DNA from: Amphiscolops sp. MND2022
Taxonomy: Eukaryota
Assembly (NCBI GenBank): GCA_964187785.1
Contig: OZ076409.1
Location: forward strand, 5,768,001-5,832,000
Direction of reading: 5' to 3'
DNA length: 64,000 bases
Every line of letters begins with the position of its first letter. The first letter of the stretch is position 1. The notes below the pieces were generated by a model. The model was not told the origin of the DNA. It made no database searches and was given only the letters and a program-made list of their open reading frames with translations. The translations under genes and the position numbers were made by a program. This document shows positions 11,301 through 24,827 of this stretch, one piece after another.

Positions 11301-14300
11301 TCTGGGCCTTCCTCTGGGCGACAGAATGGATGTTGAAAAACCCCAAAGGGTCCCCGTTTCAGTTTTTTGGCATTGTGAGACTTTTTTTCTCTTTAGCGCC
11401 CAGGGGCTCACGCTAGCGGGCCCCGGCGCGCCACTCGGTCCATTTTTTGGTTTTTCGAGATTTTCGAGTATTGTAAATTGACACTTGGAAGTCCTTTTGC
11501 TATTTTTGAGCCTTGAATATGGCGCCGACTTGGGCCGGTCCCAGCTTGTTTCTTCCACTAATGTTTCGAATGTTTTTTTCCAAACGTTATGCTTGGACAT
11601 CGTTTATTGACATGATTTTTGGATGCCTGTTGAGTTGAGTTAAAGCAGACCGTGTTGACATTGGAAGCTCTGTGGTACAAGACTGGTTGTGCCCTCGTAT
11701 TTGAAACTGTCCGATTTCCCAAAATCCAGGCTGATGAGCCTAATCGAAATACTTCCACTGACCAATGAGCAACTTAGAGTACATCCCGGGATGTGCCATA
11801 GCGTCTCATTGTTCTGATAAAGTTTTCCAAATTTCAGCTGACAATTTTATGCCACTCAGGACAATGGTTCCTAATACTGAATGTTCAAATACGAAGTTTC
11901 ATTCACTTTTTCATTGCCAGTGTCATTGTATTCCATGACACAAATTTGAAGTTGTCTGGCACCTTTCTCAACAGAATAAAATCTCTCCATTCAATTTATG
12001 TTCAACAAATGAGTCGAGTCGTTGGAAGTTGAAAATTCCATTTTGACTGAATCCTGAAACCAATTTCTGAAACAAAAGTCAGCAACAGTACATTTTCAGC
12101 AGCCAAGCTCATTGGTACCCCGACATGTGGAATCGGACTTTTTTCCGTGAAAATTACTTGGAGCTAGCAAGTGGTTTTGACAGCTGTGGTAACAAAAATT
12201 TGTCAGAAAAACCGTACAAAAAGGATCTCGTTGCTGAGGAGTCAAAAGCTGTAGCTGGTAGTTTTATAATTTTTGGAGAGTTGCTTCCTCGAGACAATCA
12301 TTCATCCAAGTATTAAATATCGGCCTCATTGCGAGACTCGAAGTTAGCCGCGAAGTTGTTCAGGCAAAAAATGCTTTACTGTACCCAAGAAAATTGCAAA
12401 TTCTATGCCAGCCCCTGGAATACATCAGTCCTACGGCACTCTGACAGGGACAATGTCCAGTTTAACGTGAACCTTGGTGATTTTCATGCTGCACGAAAGT
12501 TCAAGAGGATATTTTGGATCTATGCTCGGATTTCTTTTTTAAAAATGAACCTGGTATCTTCAATTTTAGTCTATGCTTCATGAAGTGAATCGCGATTATA
12601 ATGATCACTTTTTTCAATCCACGCGAACTGAATGCAATAGTTCTACAAAGTCTGCAAAGTTTTATAGTGTCAAATTGAACTATTTGGCCTAGCGGTCTGA
12701 GCTACAAATGTTGTTCCTTTTTTTCATCGTAACATACAATACCAAGTGAGACTGAAGGAGCCCTTTTGTTTCTTTGGCATTGTGAGTCTTTTTTTTCGAA
12801 AACATTCTGATGTCTCCAAACGGTGTTCGGTGTGTTTTGTATCCATTTTTCAATCCACTCCCTATGTCAATGTCATAATGTTACGATATTGTGGCAAATG
12901 CGTGGTTTCCGGTTTTTAGTAGGCGCTTCATGAAATGGAACGCGAGAATACTGGTGATTCTTTTTTTCAATCCACACGAACTGACCAAAGCACTTCTACA
13001 AAGTTCTACGAAGTTTTTAGGTGTAAAATTGGACCATTTGGCCCAAGGAACTGAAATAAAAGTTTTTTCCTTGTTTTCAGCGTAAGATACAATACCGGGC
13101 GAGAGTAAACGGTCCCCGTTTCAATTTTTTGGCCTTGTGAGACATTTTTCGATAATTTTTTAATGTCTCCAAGGCCCCCTTCAATTTTTTTGATGTTTTG
13201 CGACAGAAAAGGTGTTGAAAGATGCCAAAGGGTCCCCCCATTTTTGCGCGCCAGTTCGGTCCAACTATTTGGTTTTTCGAGTACTGTAGAGGAGAATACT
13301 AGGCACTTTGAAACACACTAGTGACATTTTTTTCAATCCACACGAACGGACCGAAAAAAGTTCTACATAATTTAATGGCGTCAAATTGAATCATTTGACC
13401 CCCGGAACTGATTTATAAATGTTGTTCCTTTTTCAGCGTAACAATACCAAGTGAGACTAAAGGGTCCCTCTTTGTTTCTTTGGCATTATGAGACTTTTTC
13501 CCGAAAACTTTTATGTCTCTAAACGGTGTTCGGTGTGTTTTGTATCCATTTTTCAATCCATTCCCGATGTCAATGTTATAATGCTACGATATTGTGGCAA
13601 ATGCGTGGTTTTCGGTTTTTTTGTAGGCGCTTCTACGAAGTTTATAGGTGTCAAATTGGAGCATTTGGCACAAGGGCCTGAAATATAAAAGTCGTTCCTT
13701 TTTTTCAGAGTAACATACAATACCGGGCGAGACTAAAGGATCTCCCCTGCAATTTTTCAATATTTTATAACGGAATGGTTGTTGAAAAAATCCTAAAGGG
13801 TCCTCGATTTACATTTTTGGGACTATGAGGCTTTACAAAATTATCTTTTCGTTTTGAAAATTTTTCAATGTCTTCAATAGCATCCGTCTTGAAATTTTTG
13901 AAGTTTTGTAACCGATGCACGAGAATGGATGTGAAAAACCAAAAGGGTCCAGTCTTTTAGACTCTAACAGTGGTGGTATCTAGTCTCATCCTTGCTGTAG
14001 AAGTGCTTCAGACTCGGCCGCAATTCTAGCTGACGTTCCAAACGGAGAGAATTGCAAACCGGTTCAACAGATCTTTGATTTTGGAGCCAAAATTGTTTTC
14101 CGTTTTCGATTTCCTGACTGCAATATGAGACGAAAGTCGAGGACAACTTTCATAACCTATTCTAAACCGTTGTCTTTGAATTGTTTGAGAACCTTGCCTT
14201 TTGCCCTTCCTTTGTATCAAAGAATCGAATGTTTGAGACACTGTACCGTTATAGGAGCTCCAACCTTGGTTTTTTTTGGCTTCGTTGTCATTGCAGTTCG

Positions 14301-17300
14301 CAGGTCTAGTTGAAGTTTCAGACGGTTGAGCGGTGAAAGCTAGTTCCTTCTGGGCTCTTTCTGGCGTCCTTCTGGCTTTTTTGGGCGTCCTTCTGGGCCT
14401 TTCTCTGGGCGTTCTTCCTGGGCTCCTTTTGGGCGTTCTTCTGGGCCCTTTCTCTGGGCGTCCTTCTGGGCCTCTTCCTGGGCGTCCTTCTGGGCCTCTT
14501 CCTGGGCGTCCTTCTGGGCCTTCCTCTGGGCGACAGAATGGATGTTGAAAAACCCCAAAGGGTCCCCGTTTCAGTTTTTTGGCATTGTGAGACTTTTTTT
14601 CTCTTTAGCGCCCAGGGGCTCACGCTAGCGGGCCCCGGCGCGCCACTCGGTCCATTTTTTGGTTTTTCGAGATTTTCGAGTATTGTCAATTGACACTTGG
14701 AAGTCCTTTTGCTATTTTTGAGCCTTGAATATGGCGCCGACTTGGGCCGGTCCCAGCTTGTTTCTTCCACTAATGTTTCGAATGTTTTTTTCCAAACGTT
14801 ATGCTTGGACATCGTTTTTTGACATGATTGTTGGATGCCTGTTGAGTTGAGTTAAAGCAGACCGTGTTGACATTGGAAGCTCTGTGGTACAAGACTGGTT
14901 GTGCCCTCGTATTTGAAACTGTCCGATTTCCCAAAATCCAGGCTGATGAGCCTAATCGAAATACTTCCACTGACCAATGAGCAACTTAGAGTACATCCCG
15001 GGATGTGCCATAGCGTCTCATTGTTCTGATAAAGTTTTCCAAATTTCAGCTGACAATTTTATGCCACTCAGGACAATGGTTCCTAATACTGAATGTTCAA
15101 ATACGAAGTTTCATTCACTTTTTCATTGCCAGTGTCATTGTATTCCATGACACAAATTTGAAGTTGTCTGGCACCTTTCTCAACAGAATAAAATCTCTCC
15201 ATTCAATTTATGTTCAACAAATGAGTCGAGTCGTTGGAAGTTGAAAATTCCATTTTGACTGAATCCTGAAACCAATTTCTGAAACAAAAGTCAGCAACAG
15301 TACATTTTCAGCAGCCAAGCTCATTGGTACCCCGACATGTGGAATCGGACTTTTTTCCGTGAAAATTACTTGGAGCTAGCAAGTGGTTTTGACAGCTGTG
15401 GTAACAAAAATTTGTCAGAAAAACCGTACAAAAAGGATCTCGTTGCTGAGGAGTCAAAAGCTGTAGCTGGTAGTTTTATAATTTTTGGAGAGTTGCTTCC
15501 TCGAGACAATCATTCATCCAAGTATTAAATATCGGCCTCATTGCGAGACTCGAAGTTAGCCGCGAAGTTGTTCAGGCAAAAAATGCTTTACTGTACCCAA
15601 GAAAATTGCAAATTCTATGCCAGCCCCTGGAATACATCAGTCCTACGGCACTCTGACAGGGACAATGTCCAGTTTAACGTGAACCTTGGTGATTTTCATG
15701 CTGCACGAAAGTTCAAGAGGATATTTTGGATCTATGCTCGGATTTCTTTTTTAAAAATGAACCTGGTATCTTCAATTTTAGTCTATGCTTCATGAAGTGA
15801 ATCGCGATTATAATGATCACTTTTTTCAATCCACGCGAACTGAATGCAATAGTTCTACAAAGTCTGCAAAGTTTTATAGTGTCAAATTGAACTATTTGGC
15901 CTAGCGGTCTGAGCTACAAATGTTGTTCCTTTTTTCATCGTAACATACAATACCAAGTGAGACTGAAGGAGCCCTTTTGTTTCTTTGGCATTGTGAGTCT
16001 TTTTTTTCGAAAACATTCTGATGTCTCCAAACGGTGTTCGGTGTGTTTTGTATCCATTTTTCAATCCACTCCCTATGTCAATGTCATAATGTTACGATAT
16101 TGTGGCAAATGCGTGGTTTCCGGTTTTTAGTAGGCGCTTCATGAAATGGAACGCGAGAATACTGGTGATTCTTTTTTTCAATCCACACGAACTGACCAAA
16201 GCACTTCTACAAAGTTCTACGAAGTTTTTAGGTGTAAAATTGGACCATTTGGCCCAAGGAACTGAAATAAAAGTTTTTTCCTTGTTTTCAGCGTAAGATA
16301 CAATACCGGGCGAGAGTAAACGGTCCCCGTTTCAATTTTTTGGCCTTGTGAGACATTTTTCGATAATTTTTTAATGTCTCCAAGGCCCCCTTCAATTTTT
16401 TTGATGTTTTGCGACAGAAAAGGTGTTGAAAGATGCCAAAGGGTCCCCCCATTTTTGCGCGCCAGTTCGGTCCAACTATTTGGTTTTTCGAGTACTGTAG
16501 AGGAGAATACTAGGCACTTTGAAACACACTAGTGACATTTTTTTCAATCCACACGAACGGACCGAAAAAAGTTCTACATAATTTAATGGCGTCAAATTGA
16601 ATCATTTGACCCCCGGAACTGATTTATAAATGTTGTTCCTTTTTCAGCGTAACAATACCAAGTGAGACTAAAGGGTCCCTCTTTGTTTCTTTGGCATTAT
16701 GAGACTTTTTCCCGAAAACTTTTATGTCTCTAAACGGTGTTCGGTGTGTTTTGTATCCATTTTTCAATCCATTCCCGATGTCAATGTTATAATGCTACGA
16801 TATTGTGGCAAATGCGTGGTTTTCGGTTTTTTTGTAGGCGCTTCTACGAAGTTTATAGGTGTCAAATTGGAGCATTTGGCACAAGGGCCTGAAATATAAA
16901 AGTCGTTCCTTTTTTTCAGAGTAACATACAATACCGGGCGAGACTAAAGGATCTCCCCTGCAATTTTTCAATATTTTATAACGGAATGGTTGTTGAAAAA
17001 ATCCTAAAGGGTCCTCGATTTACATTTTTGGGACTATGAGGCTTTACAAAATTATCTTTTCGTTTTGAAAATTTTTCAATGTCTTCAATAGCATCCGTCT
17101 TGAAATTTTTGAAGTTTTGTAACCGATGCACGAGAATGGATGTGAAAAACCAAAAGGGTCCAGTCTTTTAGACTCTAACAGTGGTGGTATCTAGTCTCAT
17201 CCTTGCTGTAGAAGTGCTTCAGACTCGGCCGCAATTCTAGCTGACGTTCCAAACGGAGAGAATTGCAAACCGGTTCAACAGATCTTTGATTTTGGAGCCA

Positions 17301-17743
17301 AAATTGTTTTCCGTTTTCGATTTCCTGACTGCAATATGAGACGAAAGTCGAGGACAACTTTCATAACCTATTCTAAACCGTTGTCTTTGAATTGTTTGAG
17401 AACCTTGCCTTTTGCCCTTCCTTTGTATCAAAGAATCGAATGTTTGAGACACTGTACCGTTATAGGAGCTCCAACCTTGGTTTTTTTTGGCTTCGTTGTC
17501 ATTGCAGTTCGCAGGTCTAGTTGAAGTTTCAGACGGTTGAGCGGTGAAAGCTAGTTCCTTCTGGGCTCTTTCTGGCGTCCTTCTGGCTTTTTTGGGCGTC
17601 CTTCTGGGCCTTTCTCTGGGCGTTCTTCCTGGGCTCCTTTTGGGCGTTCTTCTGGGCCCTTTCTCTGGGCGTCCTTCTGGGCCTCTTCCTGGGCGTCCTT
17701 CTGGGCCTCTTCCTGGGCGTCCTTCTGGGCCTTCCTCTGGGCG
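8133..17743. repeat. Tandem triplication of a ~3.2-kb unit (8133-11320, 11321-14532, 14533-17743)
   Basis: Identical ORFs recur at offsets 3188 and 3212; both internal junctions read tctggGCGacagaatgg. Confidence 0.97.
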
Positions 17744-17948
17744 TTCTTGTGGGCTCCTTCGGGCGTTCTTCTGGGCGTCCTTCTGGGCTCTTTCTGGCGT
17801 CCTTCTGGCTTTTTGGGCGTTCTTCTGAGCTCCTTCCTGGGCGTCCTTCTGGGCTCTTTTTGGGCGTTCTTCTGGGCTCCTTTTGGGGGTTCTTCTGGGC
17901 TCTTTTTGGCGTTCTTCTGGGCTCCTTTTGGGCGTTCTTCTGAGCGTC
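17560..17948. repeat. 12-bp GC-rich minisatellite (ctgggcgtcctt variants); truncated copies at 11160-11320 and 14348-14532
   Basis: Directly visible 12-nt periodicity; minus strand reads (AQKD/AQKN)n or (RRTP)n. Confidence 0.95.
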
Positions 17949-17999
17949 CATTTCAAAACAGCTAGTTCCACTTAACCTTAGCTGCCTTTAAGAAAGTTA

Positions 18000-18131
18000 A
18001 GGGAGATTTTTTCCGGTTTTTTGAGTTTTCTCAGCCTCTCTGATTAGAGAAGAGCACAAATACTCACCTGTCAAAAAATTTAAGGGAAGTTTTTTTCCGG
18101 TTTTTTGAGTTTTCTCAGCCTCTCTGATTAG
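18000..18131. repeat. ~50-bp direct repeat, two copies
   Basis: ttttttccggttttttgagttttctcagcctctctgattagag within 18000-18049 and 18083-18131. Confidence 0.9.
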
Positions 18132-18512
18132 AGGTTTCTTTAAAAACTCCGGACAACAAGCGTACCACGTTTAAGCGCTTTGTGTATTCTGTTGGAGTCG
18201 TCCAGTCCCGTCCTGGCTTTTGCAGCTTCGTCCTGATCAGGTAAGTACCTAAGGTAAATCCAGTTCCGAATCGCCAACTAAGGTTCGGTTCGCCTAGCAG
18301 AAACCCAGTTAGTCCTCCTTGCGTGCCGCTCGGTTCGTCCATTCCGCATTCATTGCCGTCATCGTCTTGCTTGTCGATAGCTCGGATTAGGTAATCAATA
18401 CGCATCGTTTCCTTTTCATCTCATTGACCATTGTGTTTTTCGCCGCTTCTAGCGTGTTCGTTCAGTCTCTATAGGTTCCGTGGGTTGTTGCCCATCAACA
18501 GCTACAGCAACG

Positions 18513-20280
18513 ATGGTCAATCCGAAGATAGCAACCCTCACAAACCAGTTCAAACTACATGAATTGAAGTTCCGGAACGCATCCAATTACTTGGCATCTA
18601 GATTGGACTCCGACCAGAATCCTGCTCGTCTGCGTCAAAATTTTGCCCAGTTGCAAACTATTGCATGCAGACTTGAAGAACTGGCCGAACAAATGTCAGC
18701 ACACATGCCTCTTGAAGAATTGGAGCCGTTTCTCCAGATTTCAGCCGACACCTCGCTTCAAATTCTACAAATAGTCGACCAAATTGAAACCCTATCAACG
18801 ACAGAACTCACGCATGCCACTCACAGCCAATCTTCTCCAGGATTTACAGCAGTCCAACTCAGATGCGACGAATTCACAACAACACCAGCAGCCACAGCAC
18901 CCACAACTTCGACACAAAGGGACAGCAGCAGATCCGACAGTCAACAACCCGCTTCTACAGTCACCACGAATCGAGAAGCCACTCACATCTTAGACATGAC
19001 CGGAGACGAGCTCTCTCGTCATCTAGCCACTGCCGAAGACACAAAACTTCCAATGACACCCGACCGCCATCAACACAACAACAGAGGTACACAACCAACA
19101 GAAAACTCAACTACCGTCACCGAGCTAGACAACGTACTTCAGCAACAAGAACCCTCGAGCTTTGGAAACAGCCTTCAACCGCAACACTGCACCAGCACAA
19201 CTGGAAGTAGCTTAATAGCACCTCAACAGCAAGCGAATATGCAAACCATACGACTTCCGCCACCGTTACCACCTCTTCTAAATCAACAAACTTTCAACAA
19301 CCATTACGAACAGCATCATATCTCCAACAGCAACCAGCATTTTCAGCCCACAGTCGACAACATGCTTCCCCAATTGGTCTATACATCCAACTACCATCAA
19401 CCAACCTTTGACACCATTGTTACCCACAACCCTACATACCCGCCAACTGCATACGACATGAGGTCATACGAACCTCGCCACTTATCGCCTGCACAGCCAC
19501 CTCCCAGCCACCCACAAGAACAACTACCGTTCACCCAGTCCACTGGAAATTTATTTAACCCCATACACAACCACTACAGTTTTTCGCCGCCCTGTGAAGA
19601 TGTACTTCACCCACATCAATCACAGCCAACTTACTCTACTACGATCCCTACAGCTGTACCTCATCGTGTGATAGACCCGTCACATCAACTGATAGCAAAC
19701 AACGCTAACTATCCTATACCACCACTGATCCCACAACCTACTATGATTGGACCTCCGGTACCACCTCCTCCATCAACTCTATTCATGAACGATTTCCCAC
19801 GACAACAGATGACCCAAACCAACTTCCGACAGACCGCCAACACTGTGCAGCAGTACTTTGGCACACCAACCATGCCAATCAGTCAAACCGTCTTCACAAC
19901 TCAACCCCAGCACGTTATCAATATACCGACCGATAACAGCTCCGCAACACAGCTAGAACCAACCAATACAGCACTCACACACAACCGCCCATCGTTGCAA
20001 CCTCATCATACCTCAACTGCAGATGCCAACAATTCACCTGCTTGCATCAAATTACCACCCATTCAAATTCCCAAGTTCAACGGTGACCCATTAGCATATC
20101 ACGATTGGATGAATATCTTCAAAGCCACAGTTCACACTAATCACTCAATCACACAAACACATCGCATCACCTACCTCCAAAATTCAGTCACCGGCCAAGC
20201 CAAGGACCTAATTCGTGGATACTCCTGTATCCCTGCATTCTACGATGGAGCCCTGGCTGAGCTCCACTCTCACTTTGGAC
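18513..20280 (+). pseudogene. BEL/Pao Gag N-terminal part (DUF1759-like), truncated
   Basis: IKLPPIQIPKFNGDPLAYHDWMNIFKATVH..RITYLQNSVTGQAKDLI after a long P/Q/T-rich region. Confidence 0.85.
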
Positions 20281-20751
20281 TTCACGACTATTTTAGCAGA
20301 AACAGAGCTGATGCTCCTCAATTCCCGCCCACTCACTCATGTTGCCGATCAGCCGGAGAATGAAGAACCACTGACGCCCAACCACTTCCTACTGCATCGA
20401 CCCTATGCCAACTTACCTCCCGGAGTTTTTGACAGCTCTGAGCAGCCGCTTTCATTTAAATCATGGAAAGAAATTCAGAAAGTGACAAACCACATATGGA
20501 AGAGGTTGCTGAAAGAATACCTCCCTACTCTTCATCCTCGAGGGAAGTGGTCGACTGCCCAACCTCAGCTACGAGTAGGTGATCTTGTCTGGATTCTACG
20601 CGATTTTACGCCTCGTGGAATATGGCCTCTTGGACGAATCGCAGCTACCCACCCTGGGCGAGATGGAGTTGTCCGTGTCTGCACAGTCAAGACAGCCTAC
20701 GGAACCTTCGATCGGCCCGCCGTTTCGCTGTCTCGCGTTTTTGCCCCGTGA
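20281..20751 (+). pseudogene. BEL/Pao integrase C-terminal part (DUF5641-like)
   Basis: LNSRPLT..PLTPNHFLL..WKRLLKEYLPTL..VGDLVWI..WPLGRI..PGRDGVVR. Confidence 0.9.
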
Positions 20752-21981
20752 CGGTTCGCTCCGCAACGCTACGCATCATCTTTTTCTCCTCAGCCGTTAC
20801 GCGCCCCCTTCTTTGCAGCTAAGGGGGTGAAGCATGTCACTGAAGTGATTCATAACTAAACTGAAGTGACTCATAAATGTATTACTACTTCTTGACTTTC
20901 ATAATGTTGTGTTCTCACTGAGAATGAGAACCATTGATAATTGAGAATATAAGAATGAAAGACCCACCTTTTCTCTTATATTTTTTGAGATTCCCATAAA
21001 TTCTTAATCAGGACAGTTGAGTAGATTCCGGAGACTATAAGGAGTCTCCGAATAAAAAAGATTCCTAAAAATTTCGATCTTAAGCTACTCTATAAACCAA
21101 ACTGTAAACCAAACTCGATAACCTATGACAATAAAAAAGATAAATTCACAAACTTTCAACTAAAATAGTAATAAACAATCAACTGAAAAATGCAACAATG
21201 ACCAACAATTATGGGAAATTGTTATCGGCATTGTAAGCTCTTCATAACTAGGTTTGACTGCACAAAAGGCACTACTAAAAATCAACTCCGCAGTCAATCA
21301 AAAACCAGCCGCAACAAATCAAAATGTTCAGCATTCATTGAAAAAATTTCAACGGATTAAAATGCACAAAATATCAACTTGATTGTCGTCTTCCACCAAT
21401 TGACATACGACTTGACAATTGAAAAAATCAAATCAGTTTTTAAATACAATTTTCCAAGATGCAAGGGAAAATTCCAACATTTTGAGACGGAATGAATTTT
21501 TTCTTTACACAAATGAATGAAATACTGAGGAAAACAACTTTTGGACCTTTTTCAATTTAAGAAAAGGGTGGTTTCAAAAAATCGTGTCAAAAATTGAGAC
21601 ATGATTTGTGGCAATTAAAAATTTACAGGTGAAAAATCGAAAGCGCACAAAACACAATCACCCATTGAGCATTAATCAAATCACAAAACTATTTAGCAAA
21701 GCAAATATTACTCAAAAATTATCGGCAACTTTTTTACATTATCGTTTGTAAAAAAATCACTACAAAATATCATGTGTCAGCAATACTGCTTCAAGTTACG
21801 AGATAGGTCAAAAAAGGGCCTTTTGAAATTTTCGGCTGAAAACCCCCAAAATATTGGCACAAACACTGCTTGCACGAATGTGAATGACGGATTTTTTCTG
21901 TTAATCCCCCACCGATTTAATTCCCCACAGTTAGGCGGTCAAGTGATTGAATTAACAGTAACAACCAATCAAATTGCAATA

Positions 21982-22124
21982 CAGTCAAACTCGGATAAAA
22001 GAAACACTTAGAGCGGTAAGAACGGTTTCTTTTATCCATATAGGTTCTTTCATCAGTTGTCCTATTAACGTAGAAAATTTGTCTTTTGTTATTGACTAAT
22101 GTTTCTTTTATCCGAGTTCGACTG
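21982..22124. mobile_element. Tc1/mariner (pogo-like) MITE
   Basis: 25-bp TIR CAGTC(A/G)AACTCGGATAAAAGAAACA with TA on both flanks. Confidence 0.85.
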
Positions 22125-22319
22125 TATTTTATAACTTTAACTGCAACTGAAACTCATCACAGATACTGGGGGGGGGGGGGGTAGCCTTGTTTTTCCTGAA
22201 AAAATGAAGAAATTTTGAACAGAAATACAGATAATGGGGAGGGAGGGGGTTTATTCGAATTAAAATTTTCGCGCTTACTGTGGGGGGGGGTTAACAGAAA
22301 AGATGCGAATGACTTTCAA

Positions 22320-22645
22320 TCACTTTCTGAACTTGGTCGATTCTGGTTTCAACTGCTGCTTCTTGCGTATGTCGACACAATTGAGTCTTTCTGAAAAGTT
22401 GGGGCTGTGGGCGGTGGTCGCTTTGTGAGCCAATCGCAGACTGAGTCGTCTGTAGGACTTGATGGGATTCGCCCTGAACTGGGTCTTGCTTCTGAGTTGT
22501 TTGTACTGCAGGTCGTTCTGCCTCTCCACACGGGCATTCACGGCCGATTCCTCCGCCGCTCGCCGGGCCGCGAAATCTGAGTCGAACTTCTTTCTGTCTT
22601 CCATTCTGTGATCGGTTGACTTTGGCACCAGCGATTCACGCACTT
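22320..22645 (-). CDS. TPX2: TPX2 last coding exon (TPX2 C-terminal domain)
   Basis: tttag acceptor, phase 1; STDHRMEDRKKFD..KQLRSKTQFRANPIKSY..KATTAHSPNFSER; TGA stop. Confidence 0.85.
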
Positions 22646-23084
22646 CTAAAAAGGTTGAAAACATATTTTAATTTTTTAATGGAGATATTAATGATTTAAA
22701 TATTTTAATCAGATTTTTGAAAATTTGCAAAAACGCCCAGATCAATTAGGGTTAACGATTTATCGACCGCGCAGAATTTTTTCAGCTATTCCAATCAGCG
22801 GCAACTTATAGATTGACCGAATTCAGTTCGGAAACTGAATTCGGTTGTAATTTTTATTGAAACATACTTGAAGTCAAACATTGAATAGTTTGAAGAGAAC
22901 GTTTTTCAGCGAAACCGCGAATTTGCAAGTCACTGTTTAGCGAAACAAGACGGGAACGTCTAAAGTTAGCGCTATATCTAAGGCTCAAAAAGCGCAAAGT
23001 TTTTAAAATTGTAAAAGGGGGGACCCTTTCGACTTTTTCAAAATCCAGTTTGTTGCAAAATATCAAAAATTGAAGGGGGGACCC

Positions 23085-24827
23085 TGTAAGAGCCACGTCC
23101 CGTGGTGTCTCTCAAATCACCAACGGACCGCGAGTCCTTTTTCAATAATTTTGTTTTCAAGCCGGATGAATTTTCCCTATTTTCCTGACTGCTAGGGGAC
23201 ATGCTAGCCTCAGTGTCCCTGTTCCCAGAGGAAGACATTGAACTCACAATATTTTGAATCTCTGGTAGCACCTTTTCTGATATGGCAATACTGATTGCCC
23301 TATTTATTTGGCTATGTACCATAGCCATCATGGAATCCATTTCTTGAGACAGTCTAAGATTAAATTCATTTGAGAAAGTTTCAAAAGACTGCCTAACATC
23401 GTTCTGCCTGTATTCACTATTCTCATGGGAGAAGTTTCTATATTCATCCCTTTGGTACAAATTAGCCTCACTATCACTACGAACTGAAGATTGTTCAATT
23501 ACTTCAGTTAACTCTCTCTCTATAGGATTTTCACTCCCGTTACCTAACATTACGTCCAAGTTGTCCATATCGGACATCATGTCCATTTCTCTAGACTTTC
23601 TAGTTTTCGCCTTTTGACGTCTCGTAGAAGGCATGAGAGATTGTTGCAAGAGGAAAGAATTTAAATTGAGATCTTTAAGCTTGCAAATAATATTGTATTC
23701 GGTATTATAACAGCGAACTTGACTGTGACTATTCGTGTGAAGATTATGTCCCCAGGACCACGGGTCCCAGTTATTTATAATCAACTAAACATGACATGCA
23801 TAAAAGTGGTAGTCATCAGTCTAATTTTAGCAACAGGTATTCTAAAAATAGACACAACATACAACGTGTCTTTACAAGTATTTTATCGTAATACTAAAAA
23901 TAGCAACAGGTATGACGTAATTGATTTACGTGCTTCTACATATATGAAGTAGTTACGTTTAAAGATGTACATGTGCCCCTTCAGGCCATCCAATTAAGTT
24001 TCAGTAGCAACATTTCATGTAAAACAATACATACTAAATTATATGAAATAAATACATGCAAAGATGGTGTGTGAACATTGAGCTGTCCTTTATGGCCTTT
24101 TAAGATACAAACAGCTCGTTTTGACTTTCTATCCAGAAAGTTCTGGAAAATAAGAGAACACAAAAGAGGGGGGGAAAGGACTAATGGTCCTTTTGTAGAC
24201 AAGGTGACAGATCTCCAATCAGAGTAAATATACCGCTTCTGAGATAGTACATTATCAATTTCAATATACGCACTTCTTTTATTCTACTTTGGACTCAGTG
24301 TCCACGCGTCCCTATTTAGTACAAGAGTAGCGTCGTTGTGGTGGCGAGTGGCCCTTGAGTCCTTTAATTTAGAATACAGCACAAGAGCGAGCAAATGAAC
24401 AATGCACTGTGATTGGTTGAGAAATTGGACGGACAGCGCGTCTAGCGAGACAGGAAAGGAAACATTTGAACTCGTTTCCTTTACCTGTACGCCTTGGTGT
24501 CCAATTTCTCAGCCGTGGTATATATCTATCACTGTTATACATGTATTAATACACTATATTCAATTTTCAACTACATACTTTACAAGGCTAATTCCGGATA
24601 ATTATTCCAAAGCGTTTCAAATTTCATTAATATAAAAGCCCCGAATAAAATGATATACTTACATAAACATATGCGAAATCAATTACAATAAGATAAGTTT
24701 ATAGTTTGTCTTCTTAGACTTTTGGACTAATAGTCCATTCCTCAGTTCATCGGGAGGGTACCAGGGAGAGTATTGTAGTTGTAGCCGACTGAGTACCAAT
24801 TGCCATCGCAGGCGGCAGCCCGCGACA
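23085..24827 (-). repeat. 3' LTR of element B (1743 bp)
   Basis: Direct repeat of 37207-38951. Confidence 0.97.

Larger units (their letters stand above)
18132..20990 (+). mobile_element. BEL/Pao LTR retrotransposon, internally deleted; boundaries approximate
   Basis: BEL-type gag joined to BEL-type integrase C-terminus; PPT aagggggtga then TG at 20835 (probable 3' LTR start); no matching 5' LTR seen. Confidence 0.85.

Noticed and set aside
11145..14558. Repetitive ORFs and a possible CRISPR-like array
   Set aside because: Contiguous 12-bp minisatellite with no unique spacers; eukaryotic context, no cas genes
23038..23784. 248-aa ORF as an independent gene
   Set aside because: It is the duplicate Gag N-terminus in the 3' LTR running into the flank
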